Source: Acidobacteriota bacterium
Lineage (GTDB): Bacteria > Acidobacteriota > UBA6911
Direction of reading: 5' to 3'
Length of the DNA: 64,000 nucleotides
Assembly (NCBI GenBank): GCA_963664705.1
Contig: OY761556.1
Coordinates: forward strand, 6,048,001-6,112,000
Part shown: one piece after another, positions 27,736 through 37,070 of the stretch
How positions within the stretch are numbered: position 1 is the stretch's first letter
Layout of the letters: each line of letters opens with the position of its first letter
Program-made: the position numbers and the translations under genes
Notes under the pieces: model-generated
The model's database searches: none
What the model was told of the DNA's origin: nothing
Seen by the model: only the letters and a program-made list of their open reading frames with translations

Positions 27736-29235
27736 CTACCGCATGGGCCGGCCCATCGGCATTCCCCCCACGCCGCCCATTCCAGGCATACGCGTGGTCA
27801 TGGAGGTGTTTGAGCGGTTTCCCGCTAACTCAGTGCTCAGGATAACCTTGTCTCCTGCGTTCAGCTTTCCATCCGTGATTTCGGTCTGTACGCCATCCGT
27901 CAGGCCGGTTTTCACTACAACAGGGCGGATAAGATTGTCCGGGCCGACAACCCAGATCGGTATTCGCCTGCCTCGGCCCGAAGGCCCGTTTGCGGACTGT
28001 CCGGTCCGATTCACCATGTTTCCGCCGGAAGCACGATTGGCCGAAGAAAAGCCCATGGCATTGCTTCCTGCCGCCCGCTCTGAATTCGGAGCTCCTCCTT
28101 GTGCACGGTTTTGATAAAAGCCGTAAAATGTTTCCTCGCCCGCTCTTTTGAATGCATTGGCCATTTCGGTGTCCGATAGAGTCGGGCGGAAGCGAAGCGC
28201 CGCATTTGGGATTCGGAGCACACTGTCGACCTTTTCAATGACGATCTTCACGTTGGCCGTCATCCCCGGCTTGAGGCGCAGATCTGGATTGGAGACGTCT
28301 ATTACCGCGTTATAGGTAACGACATTCTGAACAGTGGTGGCAGCCAGCCGAACCTGCCGGATGGTGCCGTGGAATGTCTCGCCCGGATATGCGTCCACTG
28401 TGAAGCTGGCCTCCATCCCAGGTTTGAGTTTGCCGACATCCGCCTCATCGGTATTGGTGACAACCTGCATCTTGGTCAGGTCTTCCCCTATCGTGAACAT
28501 GGTTGGAGTAGAGAAGCTTGCGGCCACCGTTTGACCGCGATCGACATTGCGGGAAATGACCGTTCCGGAAATCGGACTTGTAATGATCGTGTGCTCCAGA
28601 TTTACCTGGGCATTCTTCAGATTGGCGTGCGCCTGGTCTAAACGCGCCTGGTCGGCTTTCATTGCAGATTGAGTTGCATCCTGCTGGGCTTGCGTCGCAG
28701 TCAGCCCGGCTTTCGAGGCGTCCATGGAAGCCTGGGCTGAATCAAGATCATCCCTTGTTTCCAGGCCCTCGTCAAACAACTGCTTCGTCATGTTGTATTT
28801 TCGGGTGGTGTTGAGCAGGTCGACCTTTGCTTTTTCAATGTTGGCTTTTGCCGTGGCGGTTGCCGCAACATCGTTGTTGATAATGGCTTCATCGGTCTTC
28901 ACGTTAGCCTCTGCCTGATCCAACTGCGTTTGAAATAACGCCGGATCCAGTTTTGCGAGCACCTGGCCCTTTTTTACCTCGGAGTTAAAGTCGGCGTATA
29001 GTTCTGAAACGGTGCCGGATACCTGCGTCCCCACCGCCACCGTTGTTACTGCCGCCAGAGTCCCGGTCATCTCCACCTGGGTGATGACGCTTCCGCGATC
29101 GACGGTTCCGAAGATGTAGGCGATCTTTTCTGTTTTCGCGGTGAGAAATTCCCAGGCGCCAAATCCGCTGGACCCTATGACAAGGATCAGGCCCAGCCAA
29201 AGATATCGTTTTGCGTACCAACGGCGTGCAGACAT
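27736..29235 (-). CDS. MacA-like periplasmic adaptor (membrane fusion protein)
   Basis: N-terminal TM, V.VGTQVSG, VKKGQ.LA.LD, coiled coil, SPI.G.V..R.VD.GQTV, L.PGMTA. Confidence 0.92.
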   Translation of the reverse strand: MSARRWYAKRYLWLGLILVIGSSGFGAWEFLTAKTEKIAYIFGTVDRGSVITQVEMTGTLAAVTTVAVGTQVSGTVSELYADFNSEVKKGQVLAKLDPALFQTQLDQAEANVKTDEAIINNDVAATATAKANIEKAKVDLLNTTRKYNMTKQLFDEGLETRDDLDSAQASMDASKAGLTATQAQQDATQSAMKADQARLDQAHANLKNAQVNLEHTIITSPISGTVISRNVDRGQTVAASFSTPTMFTIGEDLTKMQVVTNTDEADVGKLKPGMEASFTVDAYPGETFHGTIRQVRLAATTVQNVVTYNAVIDVSNPDLRLKPGMTANVKIVIEKVDSVLRIPNAALRFRPTLSDTEMANAFKRAGEETFYGFYQNRAQGGAPNSERAAGSNAMGFSSANRASGGNMVNRTGQSANGPSGRGRRIPIWVVGPDNLIRPVVVKTGLTDGVQTEITDGKLNAGDKVILSTELAGNRSNTSMTTRMPGMGGVGGMPMGRPMR

Positions 29236-29630
29236 ATGCGTCCCCTTTCTTGCATTCGGGGCCGTTCTTCCTGGGCCCTTGGGAAGGACCCCCGAGCTTA
29301 CTGATAGTAGATACGGAAAAGAGGTATACTTATTTCAGGATTTTGCAGCGCTATGGCGTGAGAAATCTCTAATGAATACAGGCTAATAATAGGATATTGG
29401 AAATTGCATATTGAGATGGGTATTACTACGTAGGGTCGCTGAGAGCAAGGGAGAATCGGAGGGACACGGGGCTTTTTTGCGGCATGCCCAGGCGGCTTCC
29501 GTGTTCTCCGATTTTTTCCCCTGACTTGACCAAACCAGGCCACAGTTTTCGGATTATGCTGCAACTGGATCAGCGATTTATCAGCATTCCTGAAATTTGC
29601 GCCTTGGTTCTCTCCTAAACCGGGCGGCGT

Positions 29631-30449
29631 TTATGCGAAGACGATTTTGGGCATCTTCCTGTCAGGAAGTCTGTAGTACCTCGCGTCAGGATAGCCAATC
29701 ATCAGTGGGTAGTGATGCGGATAGGATTCAGGTATTCCCACCGCCTGTTTGACTGCCGGTGAATTGACCATGGCTCCCTGAAGCAATCCGGCCCAGCAGG
29801 TTCCCAATCCCATGGCAGGCGCAAGCAAGTCGAGGTAAGAGAGCGACAGCGTCAAGTCCACCATCCCGTTCATTGCTTCCCTGGGTGCGATGGCGATGAC
29901 AACGGCGGGTGCATCTCTGAGGACGGTATCCGATCCCGAATCCCAGCCGGCAACGACTCTTGGCAGATACGGGCTGGCGGCGACTATCTTCGGATCCTTT
30001 ACCAGTTCCCGAACCCAGGAGACGGCCTGGGCGGAGACCTCTCTAATTTTTTTGGAGTCGGTAAGGATGAGCCACTCGACCATTTGGCTGTTTCCACCGG
30101 TTGGGGCATAACGCGCGCCTTCAACAATCAGTTTTCGGATCTGAGCATCTTCCACAGGTTTTTTCAGAAAATGTCGGATGGAGCGGCGATTGCGGAGGAA
30201 CTGCAAGGCCTGCTGTTCGCTGATTCGAAGATCCTCCCGGATCAGAGGCGATGTTTCGATTGGGATTTTTTCATGGCTCAAAGCGCCGTGGGGACATGCT
30301 GCAACACAGTGGCCGCATTCCAGGCAGGTGGATCCGGGAATGATCTCCGGGTAGCCATCTTCCGGCAGCTGTATGATAACCGCGGGGCATTCCCGAACGC
30401 AGAAAGCATCGCGAGAGCATTTTGTTGCATCAATTTTAAGCAGTCCCAT
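29631..30449 (-). CDS. Nitroreductase with N-terminal 4Fe-4S ferredoxin domain
   Basis: C......C...CP and C..C..C...CP motifs, RRSIRHF, APTG.N.Q, GLGTCWAG. Confidence 0.9.
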   Translation of the reverse strand: MGLLKIDATKCSRDAFCVRECPAVIIQLPEDGYPEIIPGSTCLECGHCVAACPHGALSHEKIPIETSPLIREDLRISEQQALQFLRNRRSIRHFLKKPVEDAQIRKLIVEGARYAPTGGNSQMVEWLILTDSKKIREVSAQAVSWVRELVKDPKIVAASPYLPRVVAGWDSGSDTVLRDAPAVVIAIAPREAMNGMVDLTLSLSYLDLLAPAMGLGTCWAGLLQGAMVNSPAVKQAVGIPESYPHHYPLMIGYPDARYYRLPDRKMPKIVFA

Positions 30450-30615
30450 AGTGTCTAGTGCCTCCAAGTCTCAGAAAAACCTGAGTGATATGCCGAAATT
30501 TATCGGTGAGGCAGAGCATAGTGAGGTCTGGCGCTATTGTCAAATCGTTACAAGGGTATTCATTTGCGAGGTTTTCTGCTAAGGTATCTGCTCACCATGA
30601 CCGATTGAACGAGAC

Positions 30616-30906
30616 ATGAATAGGCGAAATAGAACTCGATTTAAGACTGATCTAACGGTAACGGTTCGTTGTTCGGAGCTTCCGGGCGGCAGTGCCAAAG
30701 CCAGACTGGCGGATCTCTCCGTTCATGGACTAAGCCTTATTTTGCAGGATGAGCTGCCATCTTCCGCAGTGGTTCATGTAGAGTGGGGAACAGTGAAATT
30801 CACGGGCGAGGTGGTGTATAGCCGACCGCACAACCATGAGTTTCTTGTTGGGCTGAAGGTTGAAGACTCCGTTTACGAGACTGCAAGAAAGCACGCCAAC
30901 CAGTAA
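30616..30906 (+). CDS. Stand-alone PilZ-domain protein
   Basis: RRNRTR (RxxxR) and DLSVHG (DxSxxG) c-di-GMP motifs. Confidence 0.8.
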   Translation: MNRRNRTRFKTDLTVTVRCSELPGGSAKARLADLSVHGLSLILQDELPSSAVVHVEWGTVKFTGEVVYSRPHNHEFLVGLKVEDSVYETARKHANQ

Positions 30907-31219
30907 TACCCATCCGAGCACCGCCATCCTGGTCATTGGGGCTGAACGGACTTTTTGCAGGTCATGTCTGTTGCCCGTGCTTCAGGCTCTTCCCAATTAC
31001 GGGTTTACGGCAATCTCTCCCTGGTGGCGTTTCTCTCCTTGAGCGGATGCTCAAGGACAGGTTCGGATTGAAACAACGTCACGAATCCATCGTATTTAGG
31101 AGCGCCCCATTGCGCGCGGATTTGGCTATGAAACTCCTAATCTCAATTTGCCGTTATCCTGCTGTTTCGGTGTACAATCGCCCTGTTCCAAGCGTAATCC
31201 ACGGCCCCAGGAGGTCCAG

Positions 31220-33118
31220 ATGAGAAAGCATCCCTACCGATCAGCCCTTCTTGTTGTGCTCTGTCTTTATGGGCTGATCCCTCAGGCACTCGTAACCGCT
31301 CAGACGAAAGAAGGCGCGTCGGCGCAAGCAGTTGATTCCAAAAGCAATACTCCCGGCTTTTTTCATGTATTCAATATTTTCCATGAAAAATCGGCTCCGC
31401 GATTGGTGCTTGAGAACTCTCCCCGAATCGAAAGCCTGATTCAGAACGGCAAACTTACTTTGACGCTTTCAGATGCCTTGGCTTTAGCGCTGGAAAACAA
31501 TTTGGACATAGCCGTTCAGCGCTACATCCCTGAGTTTTCGCAGACGGATCTCCTCCGAACCAAAGCGGGGCAGTCTCCCCGAGGGTTCACGGGAGGCTCG
31601 ACTCCGGGCGGGCTGACCGCGGGAGCTTTGGGCGCCGGCATTAGCGGGTCTGGCGCCGGATCGGGGGTCGGAAGTGCCGGCGGTATCACAGGGGGCGGCG
31701 GTGCGGTTCAGGTCGGGTCTTCGGGAAACTTTGATCCTACCTTGAACGTGAATTTCAGTTATGACCGCGTGACATCCCCACTGAACAGCAGCGTTGTGTC
31801 CGGTATCTATAATGTTTTTGGGCAGACCACGGCTTTTACGACGAGCTATGCCCAGCTTTTTGCTCCCGGCACAAGCTACTCCTTAACCCTGAATGGACAG
31901 CATTCGAGCTCGACTCAGCAAAACCTCCTTTACAATCCCACTTCCGTGACGCGATTTGCACTGGGCGTGAATCAACCGCTGCTCAATGGCTACGGTCGGC
32001 TTTTCAACGAGCGCTATATTCTGGTGGCCAAAAACAACATGCAGGTAGCGGACGAGGTTTTCAGGCTTCAGCTGATCAACACTGTTGTTGCGGTTGAAAA
32101 CGCTTATTGGGATTTGGCGGCTCTTCAAGAAAGTGTCCGTGTGGCAGAACAAGCACTGGCCGTTGCAGAGCAGCTTTATAAGGACAACAAGATAAAGCTT
32201 GAAGTTGGAACGATGTCTCCGCTGGATGTGACGTCGGCCGAGTCTGAAGTTGCCTCCAGAACACGCGATCTGACTGTGGCTGCCACGAATGTGCAGTTCC
32301 AGGAGGCCACTCTGAAAAACATGTTGGTAAAGAAAGTCGGAACCCAGTTGGATGCCGCGCGAATTATCCTGGCGGATCCAATGCCGGAACCTGCCGGTGG
32401 ACATATTCCGGAGTTGCAGGCCGCTCTTGCCAATGCACTGGAAGCGAGACCGGAATTGCGACAAGCCAACGTCAATCTGCGGAATCAGGATATTTCCGTG
32501 CGGTTTACCGAAAAAGCCCTTATGCCTGGGCTTTCGGTCTTTGGCTTTTATGCCGGATCCGGTCTGCAAGGTACCAGTAAAACGGCGAATTCAGGGTTGT
32601 TGGATGCCATGGGGCAGAGCTTCACCAATACATACCCGGAGTATGCAACCGGGTTCAGCATGAGCATTCCTTTGCGCAACCGGACGGCACAGGCAGACAA
32701 CCTGCGATCGCAGCTCGAGCGGAATCAACTGCTGATTACGCAACAGCGCACACGAAACACCGTAGCCATGGAAGTCCGCAAGGCCATTATAGGGTTGATG
32801 CAGGGAAAGGCGCAGGTGGAAGCCTCACACAAAGCTTCATCGCTGGCCCGCGAAATGTGGGAGGGTGAAAAGAGCAAGCTGGAAGCGGGTGCGTCGACCT
32901 CCTATCAGGTAATTTTGCGCGAGCGCGACCTGACATCGGCGCGGCAGGCGGAAGTGGCCGCCATGGTTACCTATGCAAAGGCGATCGTGGAAATGGACCG
33001 GTCCCGCGGCATTACACTGGATCGAAACGGAATTGATTACGGAGACGGATTGCGAGGAACTATTTCCAAGGCTCCGGTTACTCCGTTCACTCTGAGTGGA
33101 TCACGGGAGGGCAAGTAA
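31220..33118 (+). CDS. TolC-family outer membrane protein with Gly-rich insert
   Basis: L.L.DA.ALALENNLDI, V.NAYWDL, G.....DV..A.SEVA, R.EL.QA; GGAGG RBS. Confidence 0.85.
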   Translation: MRKHPYRSALLVVLCLYGLIPQALVTAQTKEGASAQAVDSKSNTPGFFHVFNIFHEKSAPRLVLENSPRIESLIQNGKLTLTLSDALALALENNLDIAVQRYIPEFSQTDLLRTKAGQSPRGFTGGSTPGGLTAGALGAGISGSGAGSGVGSAGGITGGGGAVQVGSSGNFDPTLNVNFSYDRVTSPLNSSVVSGIYNVFGQTTAFTTSYAQLFAPGTSYSLTLNGQHSSSTQQNLLYNPTSVTRFALGVNQPLLNGYGRLFNERYILVAKNNMQVADEVFRLQLINTVVAVENAYWDLAALQESVRVAEQALAVAEQLYKDNKIKLEVGTMSPLDVTSAESEVASRTRDLTVAATNVQFQEATLKNMLVKKVGTQLDAARIILADPMPEPAGGHIPELQAALANALEARPELRQANVNLRNQDISVRFTEKALMPGLSVFGFYAGSGLQGTSKTANSGLLDAMGQSFTNTYPEYATGFSMSIPLRNRTAQADNLRSQLERNQLLITQQRTRNTVAMEVRKAIIGLMQGKAQVEASHKASSLAREMWEGEKSKLEAGASTSYQVILRERDLTSARQAEVAAMVTYAKAIVEMDRSRGITLDRNGIDYGDGLRGTISKAPVTPFTLSGSREGK

Positions 33119-34962
33119 TGCGCGCTCCTGTCCGCAGTCGGAAAATAATTGCAGGCGGGATGAGGCTGAGCCGGGCGGCGATTCTTCTATTGAGTTTTGC
33201 CTCCGGTGCTTCCGCTCAGGGCTTTAAGGCAATGCCCGATCTCGGCCAGAATCCCGAGTGGTTCCCTCGGGTTTACAAGCCCTATGTATCCCAGAAGATC
33301 CCCAAGATGGATTTGGCCAATTCGCCAAGCCTGATGGATATGGTTCGTGATGGCAAGATCCGGATATCGTTGGCGCAATTGAGGACTTCGGTCAACGAGA
33401 ACAACCTGGACATTCTTTCCTCGCGAAACAGTTCATACTATGCCCAGACAGATATGCTGCGGGTCAATGGCGGCGGAGCCCCTCGTGGCGGCGCCGGCGT
33501 TACGATTCCGAGCAGCCTTTTTGCGGGCGCCATCGGTGCAGGTGTCGGCGGCGCCGGTGGGCTGGGAAGTTTCAGCGGTGTCGGCGGTATTACTGGCGGA
33601 GCAAGGCAGGTTTTTGGTGTTTCGCGCGGCAGCTATGATCCCTCTTTTGCGCTCGGTTTCAGCTATGATCGGACCAATAGCCCATTGAACTCGATCATTG
33701 TCTCGGGCCTGCCTGAAGTAACAACATCGTCCATGGCTTTGCAGACTCGATATTCTCAGGCATTCCCCATGGGGTCCAGCTTTAGTGTCGGCTTCAACAA
33801 CATGCGCCAGAAGACGAATCAATCGTTTCTTCGATACAATCCACTCGCCGTTTCACAGCTGACGGTCAGCCTGACCCAAAACCTGTTGAACGGGTTTGGA
33901 AACGCCATCGGCCGCCGCTTCATCACGGTTGGAAAAAACGAAGAGCGCATCATGAAGGAAATTGTTCGGCTGCAGGTGAACACGACGTTGGCCCAGGCTC
34001 AAAACACCTACTGGGATCTGGTCGCCGCCCGTGACAACGTTCGCGTCGCCACCCAGTCGCTCGCGGTCGCAAAGCAACTGCTCGAGAACAATAGAAAGAA
34101 AGAAGAGATCGGGACCGCCTCCGGCCTTGACGTGACCACCGCGGCGTCGGAAGTTGCCGCGCGCGAACGCGATCTGGTGACGGCACAGGCCGCGATGCAA
34201 ATGCGCGAAGTCGACCTGAAAAATGTAATCTCCAAAAACACCAGTGATTTGCTCGGATCAGTCCAGATTGAGCCCTCCGATGCCCTTCCCGATCCCAAGG
34301 ATAGTGATATCCCCAAAGTGACCGATGCACTCGACACTGCGATGCGAAACCGCTCTGAAATTACGCAGGCGGAAGTCAATCTGGAAACGCAGGATATCGC
34401 CATCAAGTATGAAAAGGATCTCCTCAAGCCCACGCTGCTTCTTTTTGCCAATTTCAACAGCTCCGGTCTCTATGGAGACCGGACCATCACGGATGCAAGC
34501 GGTGCCAGAGTGGTGCTTCCCGGGGGTGTTTGGGGCGCAATGGGCATGGTCAGGCGATGGACCTATCCAGAATATGCGGTAGGGTTCTCCTTTTCGCTGA
34601 ATATCAGAAATCGGGCGGCCGAGGCCGATATCTACCGGGCAAAACTGGAAAGGCAGCAGACTGTGATCAGCCTGCAGCGCACGCGCAACAGCATTGCCCT
34701 GGAAGTTCGAAAGGCGCTAATCGGATTGGTTCAGACCAAGGCCCAGGTGGAAGCCGCGCAGAAGGCGACAAAATTGACGGGCGAAATTCTCGCTGCGGAA
34801 GAGGCAAAGCTGCTGGAAGGTTCCTCGATCCCTTATGAGGTTATCCGGCGTCAGCGAGATTATCAGACCGCCCAGTTTGCCGAGGTTCAGACTCGTGCCA
34901 ACTATGCCAAAGCGCTTGTCGAAAGAGACCGGGCGCTGGGTGTGTTGGAGCCGAAGAAGTAG
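33118..34962 (+). CDS. Second TolC-family outer membrane protein (paralog)
   Basis: ENNLDI, Gly-rich insert, NTYWDL, DV..A.SEVA, YPEY..GFS; TAATG coupling. Confidence 0.85.
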   Translation: MRAPVRSRKIIAGGMRLSRAAILLLSFASGASAQGFKAMPDLGQNPEWFPRVYKPYVSQKIPKMDLANSPSLMDMVRDGKIRISLAQLRTSVNENNLDILSSRNSSYYAQTDMLRVNGGGAPRGGAGVTIPSSLFAGAIGAGVGGAGGLGSFSGVGGITGGARQVFGVSRGSYDPSFALGFSYDRTNSPLNSIIVSGLPEVTTSSMALQTRYSQAFPMGSSFSVGFNNMRQKTNQSFLRYNPLAVSQLTVSLTQNLLNGFGNAIGRRFITVGKNEERIMKEIVRLQVNTTLAQAQNTYWDLVAARDNVRVATQSLAVAKQLLENNRKKEEIGTASGLDVTTAASEVAARERDLVTAQAAMQMREVDLKNVISKNTSDLLGSVQIEPSDALPDPKDSDIPKVTDALDTAMRNRSEITQAEVNLETQDIAIKYEKDLLKPTLLLFANFNSSGLYGDRTITDASGARVVLPGGVWGAMGMVRRWTYPEYAVGFSFSLNIRNRAAEADIYRAKLERQQTVISLQRTRNSIALEVRKALIGLVQTKAQVEAAQKATKLTGEILAAEEAKLLEGSSIPYEVIRRQRDYQTAQFAEVQTRANYAKALVERDRALGVLEPKK

Positions 34963-34975
34963 CGGAAGAAATCGC

Positions 34976-35012
34976 CTGACGATTGGAACCGCCGCTTCGT
35001 TCCAATCGTCAG
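34976..35012. repeat. Palindrome of the ACGATTG family between convergent genes
   Basis: Perfect 14-bp inverted repeat CTGACGATTGGAAC / GTTCCAATCGTCAG. Confidence 0.75.
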
Positions 35013-35022
35013 ACGTCAATCA

Positions 35023-36588
35023 TCAGTTGGGTATGGTTTTCAAAAGCTTGTAGCGTATGCCATCCGCCAGCGCCAGGTAGCTTGCCTCCAGGATGTTTTC
35101 CGATACCCCCACCGTGGTCCAGCTTTCCTCTCCATCGCTTTGCTGAATGTGCACGCGCACTTTGGAGGCAGTCCCTCCTTCACCTTCCAGCACGCGCACT
35201 TTATAGTCGGTGAGATGCACGCCGCGCAGCGGTTCAAAGAATTGGTTCAGGGCGAGGCGCAGCGCCTTGTCCAGTGCATGGACCGGCCCGTCTCCTTCCG
35301 CAACCGTATGAACCGACCGGTCTCCTACGCGTATCTTGACTGTAGCTTCAGAGGTGACCTCGCCGGTTCGGTGCATGTCGGTGACGACGCGGAAATTGTC
35401 TATTTTGAAAAACTCCTTTTCGCCGTTCAGCGCGGTTTCCATCAGTACGCGGATGGAAGCTTCCGCCGCTTCAAACTCGTAGCCTTGGTTTTCCAGCTTT
35501 TTGATTCTGTTCAATGCCGGCCGGAGCTTTTCCTCCTGCTCGGCTATATCCATGCTCATTTCGGTGGCTTTGTAGAGGAGATTGCTTTTCCCGGATAATT
35601 CGGAAACCAGCACGCGCCGGGCATTGCCTACCAATTCAGGATCCATGTGTTCATAGGTCGCTGCATCGCGGATCACAGCGCTTACGTGGACGCCGCCCTT
35701 GTGTGCGAAGGCGCTTTCACCCACAAACGCGAGATTTTTGCGATGGGGCAGGTTTGCGATCTGGCTGACGAATCTCGATGTGCTGGTCAGGAATTTCAGA
35801 TGGTCCGCACCGACGGTGGTGTATCCCATTTTTGTTTCGAGATTCGGAATAATCGAGCAGAGGTTGGCATTGCCGCATCGCTCGCCATAGCCATTCATTG
35901 TCCCCTGCACTTGAACGATTCCGCATTCCACGGCGGCCAGTGAATTGGCAACCGCCAGTTCGGAATCGTTGTGGCAGTGGATCCCGAGCGGAAGCTGAAT
36001 TCCTTCCTGGACCCTGCGAATTGCGGCTTGAATCTGTGACGGCAGTCTTCCTCCATTTGTATCGCACAATGCGATGAGATCCGCTCCGCCCTCCGCCGCC
36101 GCGCGCAGAGTCTGCAGCGCGTACTCCGGATTCGCCGCAAACCCGTCAAAAAAATGCTCTGCGTCGTAGATTACTTCCCTGCCTTTGGATTTGAGGTAGG
36201 CAACCGAGCTTCTGATCAGATCGCAATTTTTCTGGAGGGGAATTCGCAAAGCGGTGTGTACGTGGAAATCCCACGATTTGCCGAAGATGGTCACCACCGG
36301 GCTTTCTGCGCGAAGAAGCGCTTGCAGATTCGAATCCTCTTCCGGGAGATTTTTGGCAAGCGCAGTGCTGCCGAAGGCCGAAATTTTTGCATGCCGCCAG
36401 TTCTGAGAAGCAGCGCGACGGAAAAATTCCGCATCCTTCTCATTTGATCCCGGCCATCCTCCCTCGATGTAGTCCACGCCGAACTCATCCAGTTTTTGGG
36501 CAACCCGGAGCTTATCGTGTACCGAAAAGGCGACGCTTTCTCCCTGCGTTCCATCCCGCAGTGTAGTGTCATATATCTGTATCTTCAT
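35023..36588 (-). CDS. cimA: Citramalate synthase
   Basis: YDTTLRDGTQGE, YIEGGWPGSN.KD, GKSWD.HV, DAEHFFDG, GERCGNANL, FAHKGG.HVSAV, L.DYKVR, W.TVGVS.N. Confidence 0.92.
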   Translation of the reverse strand: MKIQIYDTTLRDGTQGESVAFSVHDKLRVAQKLDEFGVDYIEGGWPGSNEKDAEFFRRAASQNWRHAKISAFGSTALAKNLPEEDSNLQALLRAESPVVTIFGKSWDFHVHTALRIPLQKNCDLIRSSVAYLKSKGREVIYDAEHFFDGFAANPEYALQTLRAAAEGGADLIALCDTNGGRLPSQIQAAIRRVQEGIQLPLGIHCHNDSELAVANSLAAVECGIVQVQGTMNGYGERCGNANLCSIIPNLETKMGYTTVGADHLKFLTSTSRFVSQIANLPHRKNLAFVGESAFAHKGGVHVSAVIRDAATYEHMDPELVGNARRVLVSELSGKSNLLYKATEMSMDIAEQEEKLRPALNRIKKLENQGYEFEAAEASIRVLMETALNGEKEFFKIDNFRVVTDMHRTGEVTSEATVKIRVGDRSVHTVAEGDGPVHALDKALRLALNQFFEPLRGVHLTDYKVRVLEGEGGTASKVRVHIQQSDGEESWTTVGVSENILEASYLALADGIRYKLLKTIPN

Positions 36589-36610
36589 AATCCCTTTCAG
36601 CTCCCATAAC

Positions 36611-36645
36611 AAAAAAGCCCTCACCCGTTTTGCGGATGAGGGCTT
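36611..36645 (-). terminator. Attenuator terminator upstream of cimA
   Basis: Minus strand AAGCCCTCATCCG-CAAAA-CGGGTGAGGGC-TTTTTT, ending 22 nt before the cimA ATG. Confidence 0.85.
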
Positions 36646-36670
36646 GGTGCATGCACCTTTTTGCAGGCCT

Positions 36671-36745
36671 CTATCCGCCGGGCGATATCCCGGTAATCAT
36701 AATAATGGCGATGCTGATGATGTTGGCACTAGTGCGCTGAATCAT
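36671..36745 (-). CDS. Ile-rich attenuator leader peptide, 24 aa (MIQRTSANIISIAIIMITGISPGG)
   Basis: 8 Ile codons; GAGGA upstream; sequence around the stop (GGATAGAGGC) can pair with the terminator 5' arm (GCCCTCATCC). Confidence 0.85.
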   Translation of the reverse strand: MIQRTSANIISIAIIMITGISPGG

Positions 36746-36803
36746 AAATCCTCAGGTCGGTACATTGCCACATCCCCCTGGTAATGTAAACAGGAAAGAA
36801 GGA

Positions 36804-36932
36804 AGGAGACAGGAGTCAGGAGACAGGAGACAGGAGACAGAATGAAGCTCATCTGTCCGGATGCATTATCGGCTGGCTTCATTTTCGACTTCCAATATCT
36901 TCCTGTCTCCTGACTTCTGTCTCCTGTCTCCT
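36804..36932. repeat. Inverted heptamer arrays (AGGAGAC)n / (GTCTCCT)n
   Basis: About 5 units at 36804-36840 and about 4 complementary units at 36901-36932, in the divergent intergenic region. Confidence 0.85.
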
Positions 36933-37070
36933 TCTTCCTTTTCTCTTGACAAATCCGGCACATTCCAGAAACTGGAGCCATCGGCCCGCGTTCTCCCGGC
37001 CGAGCGATCTTATCTTTAAAAAATTTGTTCTGCGATGTCGCCCATCACCTCGGGTGAGGAGGGATAGAAT

